A DNA stretch of 39,777 bases from an uncultured Planctomycetaceae bacterium. Its GTDB lineage: Bacteria; Planctomycetota; Planctomycetia; Planctomycetales; Planctomycetaceae. Positions 26,401 to 34,885 of the stretch are shown one piece after another (the stretch's first letter is position 1; each line of letters starts with the position of its first letter). The DNA is taken from assembly GCA_964633565.1 (NCBI GenBank), contig CAZWGW010000001.1, positions 1-39,777 of the forward strand. Reading direction: 5' to 3'. The translations under genes and the position numbers were made by a program. The notes beneath the pieces are model-generated. The model had not been told where the DNA came from. It saw nothing but the letters and a program-made list of their open reading frames with translations, and searched no databases.

Positions 26401-26839
26401 CAGCTACGCCTACCACGCGCTGGGCCCTGTGGCGCGCGCCACGTGTGGCGCGTTGTCGCAATCGCTGATCGTGTTGATCGGCGCCGGTTTGACGCTGTTC
26501 CTCGGGTTCCTGTTCGGGCGAGTGCCCGCCACGCGAAACGTGTTCTCGCTGATCTTTCTCGGGTTTCTGTTCGCGCTGGCCGGCGTGTGGCACCTCGAGT
26601 TGATGGAACTCCTGCTGCAGCCGGCGTTGCTGGGACTGCTGCTGGCGGCCATCGCAACGATGTTCGACACGGCAACGCGCCGCCGGTTGGCGCTGGCTCC
26701 TTCAGAGTCGGCAGTGGCCGGGCCGCCGCGCGTCGACCATGAACTCCGATCCACTGGCGCCAGTTCCGCTTCTTCCCCTCCCGCGCGAACCGCGGTCTAC
26801 CGCTCCGTGGGCACGTCCGATTCGGGAGGGACGTTGTGA
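23423..26839 (+). CDS. giant envelope protein A (about 1140 aa): signal peptide, a non-cytoplasmic region of about 1000 aa, and a C-terminal 3-helix membrane anchor; no family recognised
   Basis: Start is ATG 23423 (or GTG 23417). The signal is SSVILPLLYGLLAIGQ, followed by a Pro-rich linker. The long beta-rich-looking sequence has no catalytic motif I can recognise. The TM cluster at about 26450-26670 comprises LIVLIGAGLTLFLGFLFG, VFSLIFLGFLFALAGVW and ALLGLLLAAIATMF. The stop TGA 26837-26839 overlaps the start of the next gene. Confidence 0.7.
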   Translation: MSSVILPLLYGLLAIGQTSPPVATPTPPAGTVPPKLAEGPTHPIKPSSDRAGDVFFDPDENGRLRAIPVDDAIQAGAEFLRHLQGDGRPATAAVYVSRLLLDGEIVGDRAEFKVSITIEVTRAEGWYDVPLALHEAHVHESKYEGPGNQAPRTGGPAEDGLHWSLNGQGTHRLELKFDVPLKQSPAGQQLQLRLPQLPDLFRPRCVLRIPGGPVVVTAKSGTPVPVHVLESGDQEVDLNVMGQRLDLSWRPHTDESLSLSTFITSFDLHRSGGQLELVAAQQCDVEQGTVTRIEVRMPSDTQFGLGSIGRKKGINQPPALLRHFEMEERPGWVQVELDEPMSGRFELEWKFARPFPQSGDVILIDGLELAAARIQQGRVELQPFDGYDVNCLEEVGSGLQETNPVSQTALKAFEFRRQPFRLDVEVSRIQPKLIATPRYYLRLDTDQADLYLEAQVSVLAGVVDELLIEWPTRGNDGWSCNSAVVDVQVESGLDRTTLKATVVAGGTALPPGTIRLQFSQPVVGRSTETVRLRLIVPFVRVIQPDESGFDLTVPRLGGAATQPGAVFIAGGMKLEPFLAETSDPPDKLPPPATAVVGIPAGFAEPTVLGFSLAASPAPLPIGWVEHSRTISTESNVSVVELRRGAVNVVQRVSYAVSYGEVSSLLLELPPAIDELLPPGIERLGPGEESIVLFRLDDGTVLAAERAGANLRIPLPAPRHGQFDLFIDYVWPVPAASVQQSAPFELPIVRTLDAEFGRIVISTRDSERIRLDDSEQGWTSLAPRSGGVAWQTLQQRSEVRLTLDESLLNVPQQYTIHSAFLLTRFGQQGEAITLAEYVVQDAPSRLLIMLPHADSPVEFRWDGAVLELDRQAVRIEGLLDKYTLDLPTAEGEQSSGRLSVKYQSPSHGPLGLIARRSIEFPRFPGKVWVNETWFEVVLPTGSQLFEPPPNMAPQYTWQRRVAVWMRQSTPEYQQRRIDLFPASEYPQFQSARGNSYAYHALGPVARATCGALSQSLIVLIGAGLTLFLGFLFGRVPATRNVFSLIFLGFLFALAGVWHLELMELLLQPALLGLLLAAIATMFDTATRRRLALAPSESAVAGPPRVDHELRSTGASSASSPPARTAVYRSVGTSDSGGTL

Positions 26840-29800
26840 TGTCGCGCCCCGCGGCAGCTCCCACTGCCGGCTCCGGAGACGGCAGGCGCCGTTGCCGGCC
26901 CGTGCGCCTTGCGCTGCTCTCCCTGTTCCTGATGACAGGTGTGTCGCTGGACGCGGTTGCGCAACAGGACATCTCGCAGCCGCGCAAGGCGTATGTCCCG
27001 TCGAACGCGCCCCAGGCGTGGCCGACGGGACAATGGAACCCCGTGCCGACGCCGATCCTCACGGAATTCCTGCGGGACCAGGCTGCCGATCCAGCCCGCG
27101 TGCGGCCAACGGCCTACGTCGAACACGCGCTCTATCGCGCGGAATTGACGAGCGACTTCGCGCTCGAAGGGTCGTGGAACGCAACGGTGCGCCGTCCGGA
27201 CGGAACGCGACCGCTGATCGAACTGGGTGCAATGTCTGTGGTCCTCACCGACGTCACATCGGCAGGAGTCCCTGCGGTGTATGGCACGGATCCGTATGGC
27301 CGGACATTGTTGTATGTCGACCACTCAGCCGGCACCCTGACGGGTCGCTGGTCGCTCGCAGGCCGTTCGATCCTTGATCGCGTGGAGTTTCCAGTCCGAA
27401 TCCCGGCGGCTGCCGCGTCGCGGTGCGAGATCACGGTTCCCGCGGGTTGGCGACTGAAAAGTTCCCACGGGCTCGTCCGGGAACCACAGCCCGCCGAACG
27501 GAACGGATGGATGCACTGGACCGTCGAACTCGGCCAACACAGCGAGTGTGTCTGGACGCTGCGGAAGTCGGATTCGCCGCCGGCGCCCGATCTGCTGTGC
27601 GATCGATCCATTGTCTACACAATTCGCCCGGATGGGAACCGCATCCAGTCCGAGTTCTCCATCCAGTCGCTCGATGACTCGGCCAGCGAGATCGTGTTCC
27701 TGGCGCCTGCGGAATTGAGAAATCCGACGGTGACTTACTCAGCGGCAACCAGTCTGCCCGCCCGCATTTTTCAGACCGGAGATCTCCAGCGGCTCGTCGT
27801 GTCGCTCCCGAATACTGAGCCGGGCAGACTCGGCTCGTTTCGCATCGCGGGAGAGTTCCCCCCGTCGCGGGACGATGATGCGCCGCTGCCGGTCGTGTCC
27901 CTCGAGGGAGGGATCATTCTGCGTGGTACTCGACGTGTCGATGTGGACCGGCCGCTTACACTCAAATCACTGAACATCGATGGACTTCGGCAGTCCACAG
28001 TCAATTTCGATGAGTCGGGGACCGACTGGTCTTTTGAGGAACTCCGCCCCGACGGACGCATTTTCGTTCACGTCGGCCAGCCGCAGACGTCGATCACGGC
28101 GCTCGTCGCGACACACATCACATCGACGATCGACGGTCCACGGTTCCGCGCCGTTGTCAGCCTGCAGGCACGAACGGGCAGCACGTTTCGCACGACCTTG
28201 GAACTGCCGTCCGCGTGTGACATCGTCGATGTGTACCCTTCGGCGAACATCGATAAATCCGGAATCAGCCACTGGGGCGTATCCCGCTCCGGCGACAAGG
28301 CGACCTTGTCGATCGAATTTCGACAGGCGCTGCAGAGTCAGTTGCCAAAACAGGTTGAGATTACCGGGCGGTGGATGGATCGGCCGGCCTCTCCCCTGCG
28401 CATTTCCGCGTTTCCTGTTCCGCTCGATGCCGACGACTGGCAGGTTCTGCTGGCAGTAAGCGGCATTTCGGCTGCTCGCGACGCCTCTCCACGTCCGATC
28501 GAAGGCACGCAGCTGCCTTCCAACTGGGCGCCGCATCTGCAGTTGCTCAGGCTGGCGGCCGCCGATCCCGGTCTGACATGGTATATCGCTGATGGCGCCT
28601 CGCCGTCAGGCGAAATCGTCATTAATGCCACGCTGGCGGACGACGCAGCCTCTCCGGTAGGCACGGGCGCGGTGAGCACGCCAGGCCGCCAACCCTCCAG
28701 ATTGGTCCCGGAATCGCCAGGCCGGCCGGCGCTCTCACTCACCCTTCACTCCCTGCTCTCCACGTCAGGGTCTGACGCGCTGTCGCATGATGCCCGCTAC
28801 ACGTGGTCCGGCAACGTGGAATCGGCCAACTGGAATTTCCAGTTGCCGGATCCCGCCACGCTGGACTCCGTCTTCGTTGACGGTCGTGCACATGCCACTG
28901 AGGTCCTCGACCACACTGTCAGCCTGGCTCCGCTGCCCCCGGACGCTCATCAGATTCTGGTCCGTTTCCGTACGCCGGCCGCGACCGGCTCGGCGTGGAT
29001 GCAGAACCGGTATCATGTTCCGCTCCCGCGCTGGAATGTCCCGGTCGTCAGCTTGCGATGGAGCATCGGTCTGCCTCTGGGGCACTCGATCGCCGGCTCT
29101 CCGCTGGACCCGGCGCTCGGACCGTGTGCGTCAGAACCTTCATGGCCGCAGCGACTCTTCGCCCCGTGGGTTCTATCAGGGGACAGGTCATGGTTCAACC
29201 CGTTTTCCAAATCCGCCTGGCGCGATGTGCTCGTTGGACCAGATCCGGCACCGGCTCAGACGGCCGACGCCACCCCCAGCGTCACATTCCTCTCCCTGGA
29301 TCCGCCATACGAACTGTCACTGAACACCTGGGACCTGCGAACGGCCAACCGCCTGGCGCAACTGTCGTTAGTCGTCTGCCTGGCGTGTGCCGTCGCCGTC
29401 CGGCGGGTGGCAGGGCGGCAGGCACTCGCACTGCTTGCAATCACTGCCGCCGCAACTCTGTTCACTGCGCTCAGTGTGCCTCACGAGTATGGGCCGCTCG
29501 CGGGAGGCGGTCTGCTCGGACTCATTGCCGGCGGGTTGCTCCCGTCACGCTGGGTTCAGCAACGTGATCTGCTGGCGGGCTGGCAACTCCGTCCCCGTAC
29601 CGCGCCGGGCATGGGGGCGACGGGGCTGGCTGCACTCCTGGCAGGTCACTGTCTGTGGCTTACAGTGGTCCAGGCGCAGGAACCGCGTCCCGATCCGGAC
29701 CGGCCAGCCCAGCCCCGGGAACTCTCCGCAGAAACGCCCGGGACCGATGAATTCGACGTTCTGCTTCCCTATGAAAACGCGACGATCGCGCCTGTCGGCT

Positions 29801-32800
29801 ATCTGGAGGCCCGTCGGTTGGCAGGCTTCACTGACTGGCTGCGGCGCGAGTATGAACTCCCCGAGTACCTGCTCCGCTCGGTTCAATACCAGGTCTCCGA
29901 TTCGGACCCTGCGCTGATCCGCGCAATATTGGATGTCGTCGTCCTGTCGGACGCACGTCGCGTCACAGTCGTCCTCCCGTTTCACGAGATCACGTTCCGC
30001 TCGCCTGACGATTGCGAAGTTGACGGCCGTCGCACACAGGTCCGACCAATGGCGGACGACAACGGATTTGCCGTTGAAGTCGAACCCCCATCGCCGCCGG
30101 AAGGCGTTGCGACAACGCCACATGCGGCCCCCGTTCCGCGCCCGGTCGAAGTTGCCGTCTGGTTCCAGATGATTGGCAGCGACGGCAGCGGGGGATACCG
30201 CTGCCGTGTACCACCGGTCAATGATGCGCGGCTCTACCTGCCTGCAGCCGTGCTTCGTCGCGGACTGCATCTGTCATCGGCACAAGGCGCCCGTTACCAG
30301 GACGAGCACGGAAACCTCGAATATGACCTGGGGGGCGCCCACTGGATCGGGGTTGATCGGGTATCGGACGAGGTCGTCGCGCAAGTGCCGCTGAATCCAC
30401 TGCGTGCGGAGGCGGCCACGCTCGTGGAAGTCCATCCGATGCGACTGCAGGCGCGGACACAGATCGACCTGTCGCCCCCTGGTGAGGAATTCGGCCTCCC
30501 GCTCCCCCGCCGCTTGAATCTGCTGCTGCCAGGGCGCTCCGAGGTCCGGCAAGTCTGGTCGGATTCGCTCCGGGAATACAGGGTCTGGTATTCCGGCACT
30601 GCCGTGACGGTCCTGGAAATCGATTTCAATCAACGACTCGCGGGACGCCAGAAAATCGAGATCGAGTACGCCATTCCCTTTGATCCGCGGGCGGCCAGCG
30701 AAGTCCCTGCGATCGAACTGCTCGACGGGGAACGGCTGCTGAGCCATCGCATCGGTCTGCGCGCGGCTCCGGGCATGCAGCTCGAACTCGACCGTTCTGC
30801 CCTGGTCCCTGGAGGCCCGGAGGAACTGCTGCCCGACCGGTTCCGTGAGGGGTTGCCCCCGGACACCGAATGGCCCCCTCCCGATGCAGCCTTTTCCGCC
30901 CTCGCGCCAGGTCCCATTCCCATTCGGCTTAACACCCTCGAGCCGGCGCGCAGCGTCGCCGTCGAGCAGACCGTGACCATCGAATCACGGGCGCTTCGCC
31001 TCGAGGCCCAGGCGCAGCTCGATGTCTCCGGAACCCAGGTCTTCGAACACAAGCTGCTCGTGCCGGTCGACTTCAGAATCGACGCGCTCTCCGTCGATCA
31101 GGATGGCGCCAATCGCCTGCTGGACTGGTCACGCGACGGCGACCGGCTCGTCGTGCACCTGCGCGAGGGACGTTCGGGTCGACAGTTGCTGAAGATCCGT
31201 GGCTGGTTGCCGTTGCAGGTCGGGGAAACGACGCGATTCCCCGCACTCGAATTCCAGGAAACGACGACGCGATCGTCGGACCTGATCCTGCGGGATATTT
31301 CCGGGCAGCGCGTCGAGTTGTTCGCCGAGGGGGGAGTGCCGCTGTTACCAGGTCTGCCCGCCCGCACGGCGGCCGCCGATGCCACAATCAGGCGTTATGC
31401 CGGCCCCGGCCCGAACGTGCCCGTGAGTTGCCGCGTCGTGCCTATTCCTGTCATGCCGCATCTGCAGACAATGTCCTTTCTGGAGCGACGGGACCAGGCC
31501 TGGACGCTGACGACGGTGTGCCACGTTGGGGAGCAGCCCGGGTCGGCGACGACCTTGACTTTGCAGGTTCCGCGTCAACTTGGGCAGCAGTTCCACGTCA
31601 CGCCGAGGGAGATAGTTCGCTCATCACGAGTCAGTGAGGATGGTTCCCTCGAACTGAATCTGCACTGGTCGGACGCCGCCCCTGCAATCCATGCGTTTCA
31701 GATGACGGCGCCGCTCGCCCCTCCCGGCGAATCGCATTGGAGTCTGCCGCTCCCTCGATTCCCGCCGGCATCCGGCAGTTCGCGGTTGCTGGTGTTGCCA
31801 CCGGACATCCGGTATACGCCGGACGCGTCGACCGCCGTCCCGATCGAGTCCGCAGAGTGGCTCACCATTCAGCCGATGTGGTCTGCTGCGGCGCCTGCGA
31901 TCGCCGACGGCCAGCCGTTTCGCATCATCGCCGACGACGTGTTGCTCAAGCGGTCTGCGGAGTCATCCGGCGATACCACAACGCCTGACTTGCTGGAAAC
32001 GATCGTATGGGACAACGCCGACGGTTCAGCACTCGGCCTCACGGTCGTGTACCTCTCCGCCGTCAGGCGTCCCTTCGAACTCAGGCTCGAACTGCCCCGC
32101 ACCGTGCAAATCGCGGGCGCGCTGGACGGCGGTCGGATTGTCGAAACGCGATCAGAACATGACTCTTCCGTGGTGTGTGTGATTCAATCGCATTCCACCG
32201 AAGGCCTGCGGCGCGTGGCGTTTTTGTGGCGCCGCAGTGCGGAAATTCCTGGCCGCCGCTGGACCGCGTCGCCGCTGCTGCCCACCCTGCCAGGCCTCGC
32301 GCTCGACCGACAGTTCGTCACCATCGTGCCTCCCCGCGACCGTCAGTACCTTCTGCGGGGCCCGGCCAGCCTCCAGAGCCCTGAGATATACCGCATGCGG
32401 CGTGCCGAGCAGTTGCTGGAACTGATCGGCGGCCATGGCGACCCCGGGCATGGCCCCACCGCCGGAGATCTCCTCGACCTGGCGCGCGAATTTGACTCGG
32501 AAATCTCCCTTCTCTCCCGCGCAACATGGAGCGACAAACGCCTCGTCGATCGTTTCGCGGCGCTGCACGGACGATGGCAGTCGATTCGTGACGCGGCCTG
32601 GCTGGCCCCCACGGAAGACGCCGCGCAGGGCTCGGCAGACCGGGCACTCCTCGACTGTCAACGCGAGCTGATTTCCGGAGCAATCAGCCAACCGGACGCC
32701 GTGCTGTTGCAGCCTGTACCGGATGATAGCCGTTTGAGATTCTGGTCGGTCAGTGATCGAGCCGCACGGATCATCTGCGGGTTGCTCGTGGTTCTGGCGC

Positions 32801-33021
32801 TGTCCATCGTGTTGATTGCCTGGCACAGTATCCGCCGCCGCGGGCCTGCCTCCCGCAGCGGTCCGCGCATGGATTATTTCGGACTGCTGGTGTTCGGACT
32901 GCTCTGGTGGTCTTTGCTGCGGTTTGGAGCGCTGGGGCTCGTGCTGGTGGTCGTCGCCGTGGGTCTGCAGGCGGCAGCGTGGTTGCGGCCAGGCCCCACA
33001 CCGGCGGCTCCGGCCACGTAG
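26836..33021 (+). CDS. giant envelope protein B (2061 aa): two tandem modules, each a large non-cytoplasmic region followed by a TM cluster; no family recognised
   Basis: GTG 26836 / ATG 26839 overlaps the stop of protein A. The N-terminal signal is RLALLSLFLMTGVSLDAVAQQ. The central cluster of 4 hydrophobic segments lies at about 29350-29680 and ends in a signal-like LLAGHCLWLTVVQAQEP. The C-terminal cluster lies at about 32760-32985. Stop is TAG 33019-33021. Confidence 0.7.
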   Translation: MMSRPAAAPTAGSGDGRRRCRPVRLALLSLFLMTGVSLDAVAQQDISQPRKAYVPSNAPQAWPTGQWNPVPTPILTEFLRDQAADPARVRPTAYVEHALYRAELTSDFALEGSWNATVRRPDGTRPLIELGAMSVVLTDVTSAGVPAVYGTDPYGRTLLYVDHSAGTLTGRWSLAGRSILDRVEFPVRIPAAAASRCEITVPAGWRLKSSHGLVREPQPAERNGWMHWTVELGQHSECVWTLRKSDSPPAPDLLCDRSIVYTIRPDGNRIQSEFSIQSLDDSASEIVFLAPAELRNPTVTYSAATSLPARIFQTGDLQRLVVSLPNTEPGRLGSFRIAGEFPPSRDDDAPLPVVSLEGGIILRGTRRVDVDRPLTLKSLNIDGLRQSTVNFDESGTDWSFEELRPDGRIFVHVGQPQTSITALVATHITSTIDGPRFRAVVSLQARTGSTFRTTLELPSACDIVDVYPSANIDKSGISHWGVSRSGDKATLSIEFRQALQSQLPKQVEITGRWMDRPASPLRISAFPVPLDADDWQVLLAVSGISAARDASPRPIEGTQLPSNWAPHLQLLRLAAADPGLTWYIADGASPSGEIVINATLADDAASPVGTGAVSTPGRQPSRLVPESPGRPALSLTLHSLLSTSGSDALSHDARYTWSGNVESANWNFQLPDPATLDSVFVDGRAHATEVLDHTVSLAPLPPDAHQILVRFRTPAATGSAWMQNRYHVPLPRWNVPVVSLRWSIGLPLGHSIAGSPLDPALGPCASEPSWPQRLFAPWVLSGDRSWFNPFSKSAWRDVLVGPDPAPAQTADATPSVTFLSLDPPYELSLNTWDLRTANRLAQLSLVVCLACAVAVRRVAGRQALALLAITAAATLFTALSVPHEYGPLAGGGLLGLIAGGLLPSRWVQQRDLLAGWQLRPRTAPGMGATGLAALLAGHCLWLTVVQAQEPRPDPDRPAQPRELSAETPGTDEFDVLLPYENATIAPVGYLEARRLAGFTDWLRREYELPEYLLRSVQYQVSDSDPALIRAILDVVVLSDARRVTVVLPFHEITFRSPDDCEVDGRRTQVRPMADDNGFAVEVEPPSPPEGVATTPHAAPVPRPVEVAVWFQMIGSDGSGGYRCRVPPVNDARLYLPAAVLRRGLHLSSAQGARYQDEHGNLEYDLGGAHWIGVDRVSDEVVAQVPLNPLRAEAATLVEVHPMRLQARTQIDLSPPGEEFGLPLPRRLNLLLPGRSEVRQVWSDSLREYRVWYSGTAVTVLEIDFNQRLAGRQKIEIEYAIPFDPRAASEVPAIELLDGERLLSHRIGLRAAPGMQLELDRSALVPGGPEELLPDRFREGLPPDTEWPPPDAAFSALAPGPIPIRLNTLEPARSVAVEQTVTIESRALRLEAQAQLDVSGTQVFEHKLLVPVDFRIDALSVDQDGANRLLDWSRDGDRLVVHLREGRSGRQLLKIRGWLPLQVGETTRFPALEFQETTTRSSDLILRDISGQRVELFAEGGVPLLPGLPARTAAADATIRRYAGPGPNVPVSCRVVPIPVMPHLQTMSFLERRDQAWTLTTVCHVGEQPGSATTLTLQVPRQLGQQFHVTPREIVRSSRVSEDGSLELNLHWSDAAPAIHAFQMTAPLAPPGESHWSLPLPRFPPASGSSRLLVLPPDIRYTPDASTAVPIESAEWLTIQPMWSAAAPAIADGQPFRIIADDVLLKRSAESSGDTTTPDLLETIVWDNADGSALGLTVVYLSAVRRPFELRLELPRTVQIAGALDGGRIVETRSEHDSSVVCVIQSHSTEGLRRVAFLWRRSAEIPGRRWTASPLLPTLPGLALDRQFVTIVPPRDRQYLLRGPASLQSPEIYRMRRAEQLLELIGGHGDPGHGPTAGDLLDLAREFDSEISLLSRATWSDKRLVDRFAALHGRWQSIRDAAWLAPTEDAAQGSADRALLDCQRELISGAISQPDAVLLQPVPDDSRLRFWSVSDRAARIICGLLVVLALSIVLIAWHSIRRRGPASRSGPRMDYFGLLVFGLLWWSLLRFGALGLVLVVVAVGLQAAAWLRPGPTPAAPAT

Positions 33022-33144
33022 TCGTCGCGATTCCAGCGGCAGCAATGCAAGCCTTGTCCGGCTTGTCCTTTCGCTCGGGCCTGTTTCCATCACGCCGGCG
33101 GCCATCCGTTCGTTTCACGGCATCGGCATGTGACGACAGGGACC

Positions 33145-33190
33145 TGAGTTCTGAACTCATCTTGTGGCAACGTAACGTGTTCAGTACGAT
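33145..33190 (+). promoter_or_regulatory. 15-bp perfect palindrome followed by a weak -35/-10 pair upstream of the 164-aa gene
   Basis: The palindrome is TGAGTTC-T-GAACTCA (33145-33159). It is followed by TTGTGG (33162-33167), N17, TACGAT (33185-33190). The TTG start lies at 33289. Confidence 0.2.
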
Positions 33191-33288
33191 CCGCCCCCAT
33201 TTTCCGGCCGCACGTCCGCGCGGTGCAATGCACGCCGCCGGCGTGTGTTGTGGGCCCTCGCCCGATCTGAGCCGAATCACGAACGGCC

Positions 33289-33783
33289 TTGGACTACCAG
33301 TTCAAACCGATTGGCAAGACCTGTGCCGCCACCGGCAAGCCGCTGCTGCCGGGGGAGCGCATCTACTCCGTCGTCGTCGAACAGAATGACGAACTCGTGC
33401 GACTCGATTTTTCGCCGCAAGGCTGGTCCGGACCGCCGGACGGGACCATCGGCCAGTGGCGGTGCGTCGTCCCGGCGCCCGAATCCAAACCCGCGACGGC
33501 CCTCGACCCGGATGCACTGCTGAGTTATTTCGAACACCTTGTCGAGGACGCCAACCCCGCTCACGACAAGCTTCGCTACGTGCTGGCGTTGTTCCTGCTG
33601 CAGAAGCGGCGACTGCGGCTCGACGGCTCGCGCATCGACGGAGTCGTGGAATACCTTCAGCTTTCCGGCTCGCGGGGCGAGGGTCCGTACGAAATCCCCG
33701 ATCAGCAACTCGCCGAATCGGAAATCCGGCAGTTGCAGGCGGAACTGAATCACTCCCTGGCGGGCGGCATGAAGGCCGCCTGA
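33289..33783 (+). CDS. hypothetical cytoplasmic protein (164 aa)
   Basis: The start is TTG, with no signal peptide or TM. It reads DYQFKPIGKTCAATGKPLLPGERIYSVV..., and the C-terminal half is helical (KLRYVLALFLLQKRRLRL...EIRQLQAELN). No family was recognised. The coding call is based on length and non-shadow-like composition. Confidence 0.5.
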   Translation: MDYQFKPIGKTCAATGKPLLPGERIYSVVVEQNDELVRLDFSPQGWSGPPDGTIGQWRCVVPAPESKPATALDPDALLSYFEHLVEDANPAHDKLRYVLALFLLQKRRLRLDGSRIDGVVEYLQLSGSRGEGPYEIPDQQLAESEIRQLQAELNHSLAGGMKAA

Positions 33784-33817
33784 CCGGGACGCCCCCGGAC
33801 ATTGATCCTGTGCACGA

Positions 33818-34885
33818 ATGGAATCTCGCATTCACACGGCAGTCGTTTACACGGTTGCGGCGATGCTCCTGCTGGCATCCAGCGGCTGCCACATCTGGGG
33901 GCTCTGGCGGCCGCGACCGGCGCCATGCGTCCTGTCTCCGACCGCCACCAAGCAGGAGATCGTCGCGCACGTCAACCGCAACGTCACTCCGCCGGGCGGC
34001 GTGCCGCTGACGGCGTGGCGCTGCCTGCAGTTGCAACTCACCCTCAATGGCATGCCGCCCGTACCCGCGACAATCGACGTCGAAGCACCGCGGCGGATGC
34101 GGATTATCGCTCACATGCCGCTCACAGCCAGCGAAATCGCCGATTTCGGGTCGAACGACGAAGGGATCTGGATGTGGGATTATCGCATGCCCGGGGTCGT
34201 GACCGTTGCGCATGAAGACCTCCCTCAAGCCCTCGCGCAGATGCAGATCCCGTTCGAGCCAGAATGGCTGATGGAAGTGCTGGGAGTCGTTCCGATCAAC
34301 GTCGACGAATTCGAGCTGGCCGTGCCGGAGACGCCGAAGAGCTATATCGAGCTCATTGCCAACCGCGATTCGCCCACCGGCGAGGCCGTGCGGCGCGTCG
34401 TGCGCATCAACCTGTGCCAGGGACGCATCCTGGAACACCGGCTTGAGAGCATGGACGGCCGCACGATTGCGTCCGCTCGCCTTGATAACTACGAACCGGA
34501 CGCCACCGGACAGTTCGTGCTGCCGCACCTTATGAGGATTGAATGGCCGGAGGCGAAAGCCGGCATGACGCTGCGGATCGGAGACATCATGGTCAACCCG
34601 CCCGCCAACAACCTGGTTTCGTGGCAGGTGCCGGACAAACCGGGGGTGCCGCGCATCGTGTTCCCTGGACGCAGGACCGTCCCGCGACCACAATCGTGGC
34701 ACGAGCCGCTGCTGCGCCAGGCGGGGGGAGAGGCGGATCCTGACGCGCCGGCCCGCATCAGATTGCGGGACGACCCTGAAGACGAGCCGCCTGCAGCGTA
34801 TTCTGAAGCAGCATCGCAATCGTCATCGGTCCCACTCCGCCGGGGACCGGCGTCAGCGCCGCGGCCTTTTCCCGCACTGCCGTGA
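33818..34885 (+). CDS. hypothetical lipoprotein (a LolA/LolB-like beta-fold is possible, by eye only)
   Basis: The signal and lipobox are AAMLLLASSGC. The body of about 250 aa has alternating beta-like segments. A Pro/Arg/Ala-rich tail runs antisense into the 3' end of folD. Confidence 0.6.
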   Translation: MESRIHTAVVYTVAAMLLLASSGCHIWGLWRPRPAPCVLSPTATKQEIVAHVNRNVTPPGGVPLTAWRCLQLQLTLNGMPPVPATIDVEAPRRMRIIAHMPLTASEIADFGSNDEGIWMWDYRMPGVVTVAHEDLPQALAQMQIPFEPEWLMEVLGVVPINVDEFELAVPETPKSYIELIANRDSPTGEAVRRVVRINLCQGRILEHRLESMDGRTIASARLDNYEPDATGQFVLPHLMRIEWPEAKAGMTLRIGDIMVNPPANNLVSWQVPDKPGVPRIVFPGRRTVPRPQSWHEPLLRQAGGEADPDAPARIRLRDDPEDEPPAAYSEAASQSSSVPLRRGPASAPRPFPALP

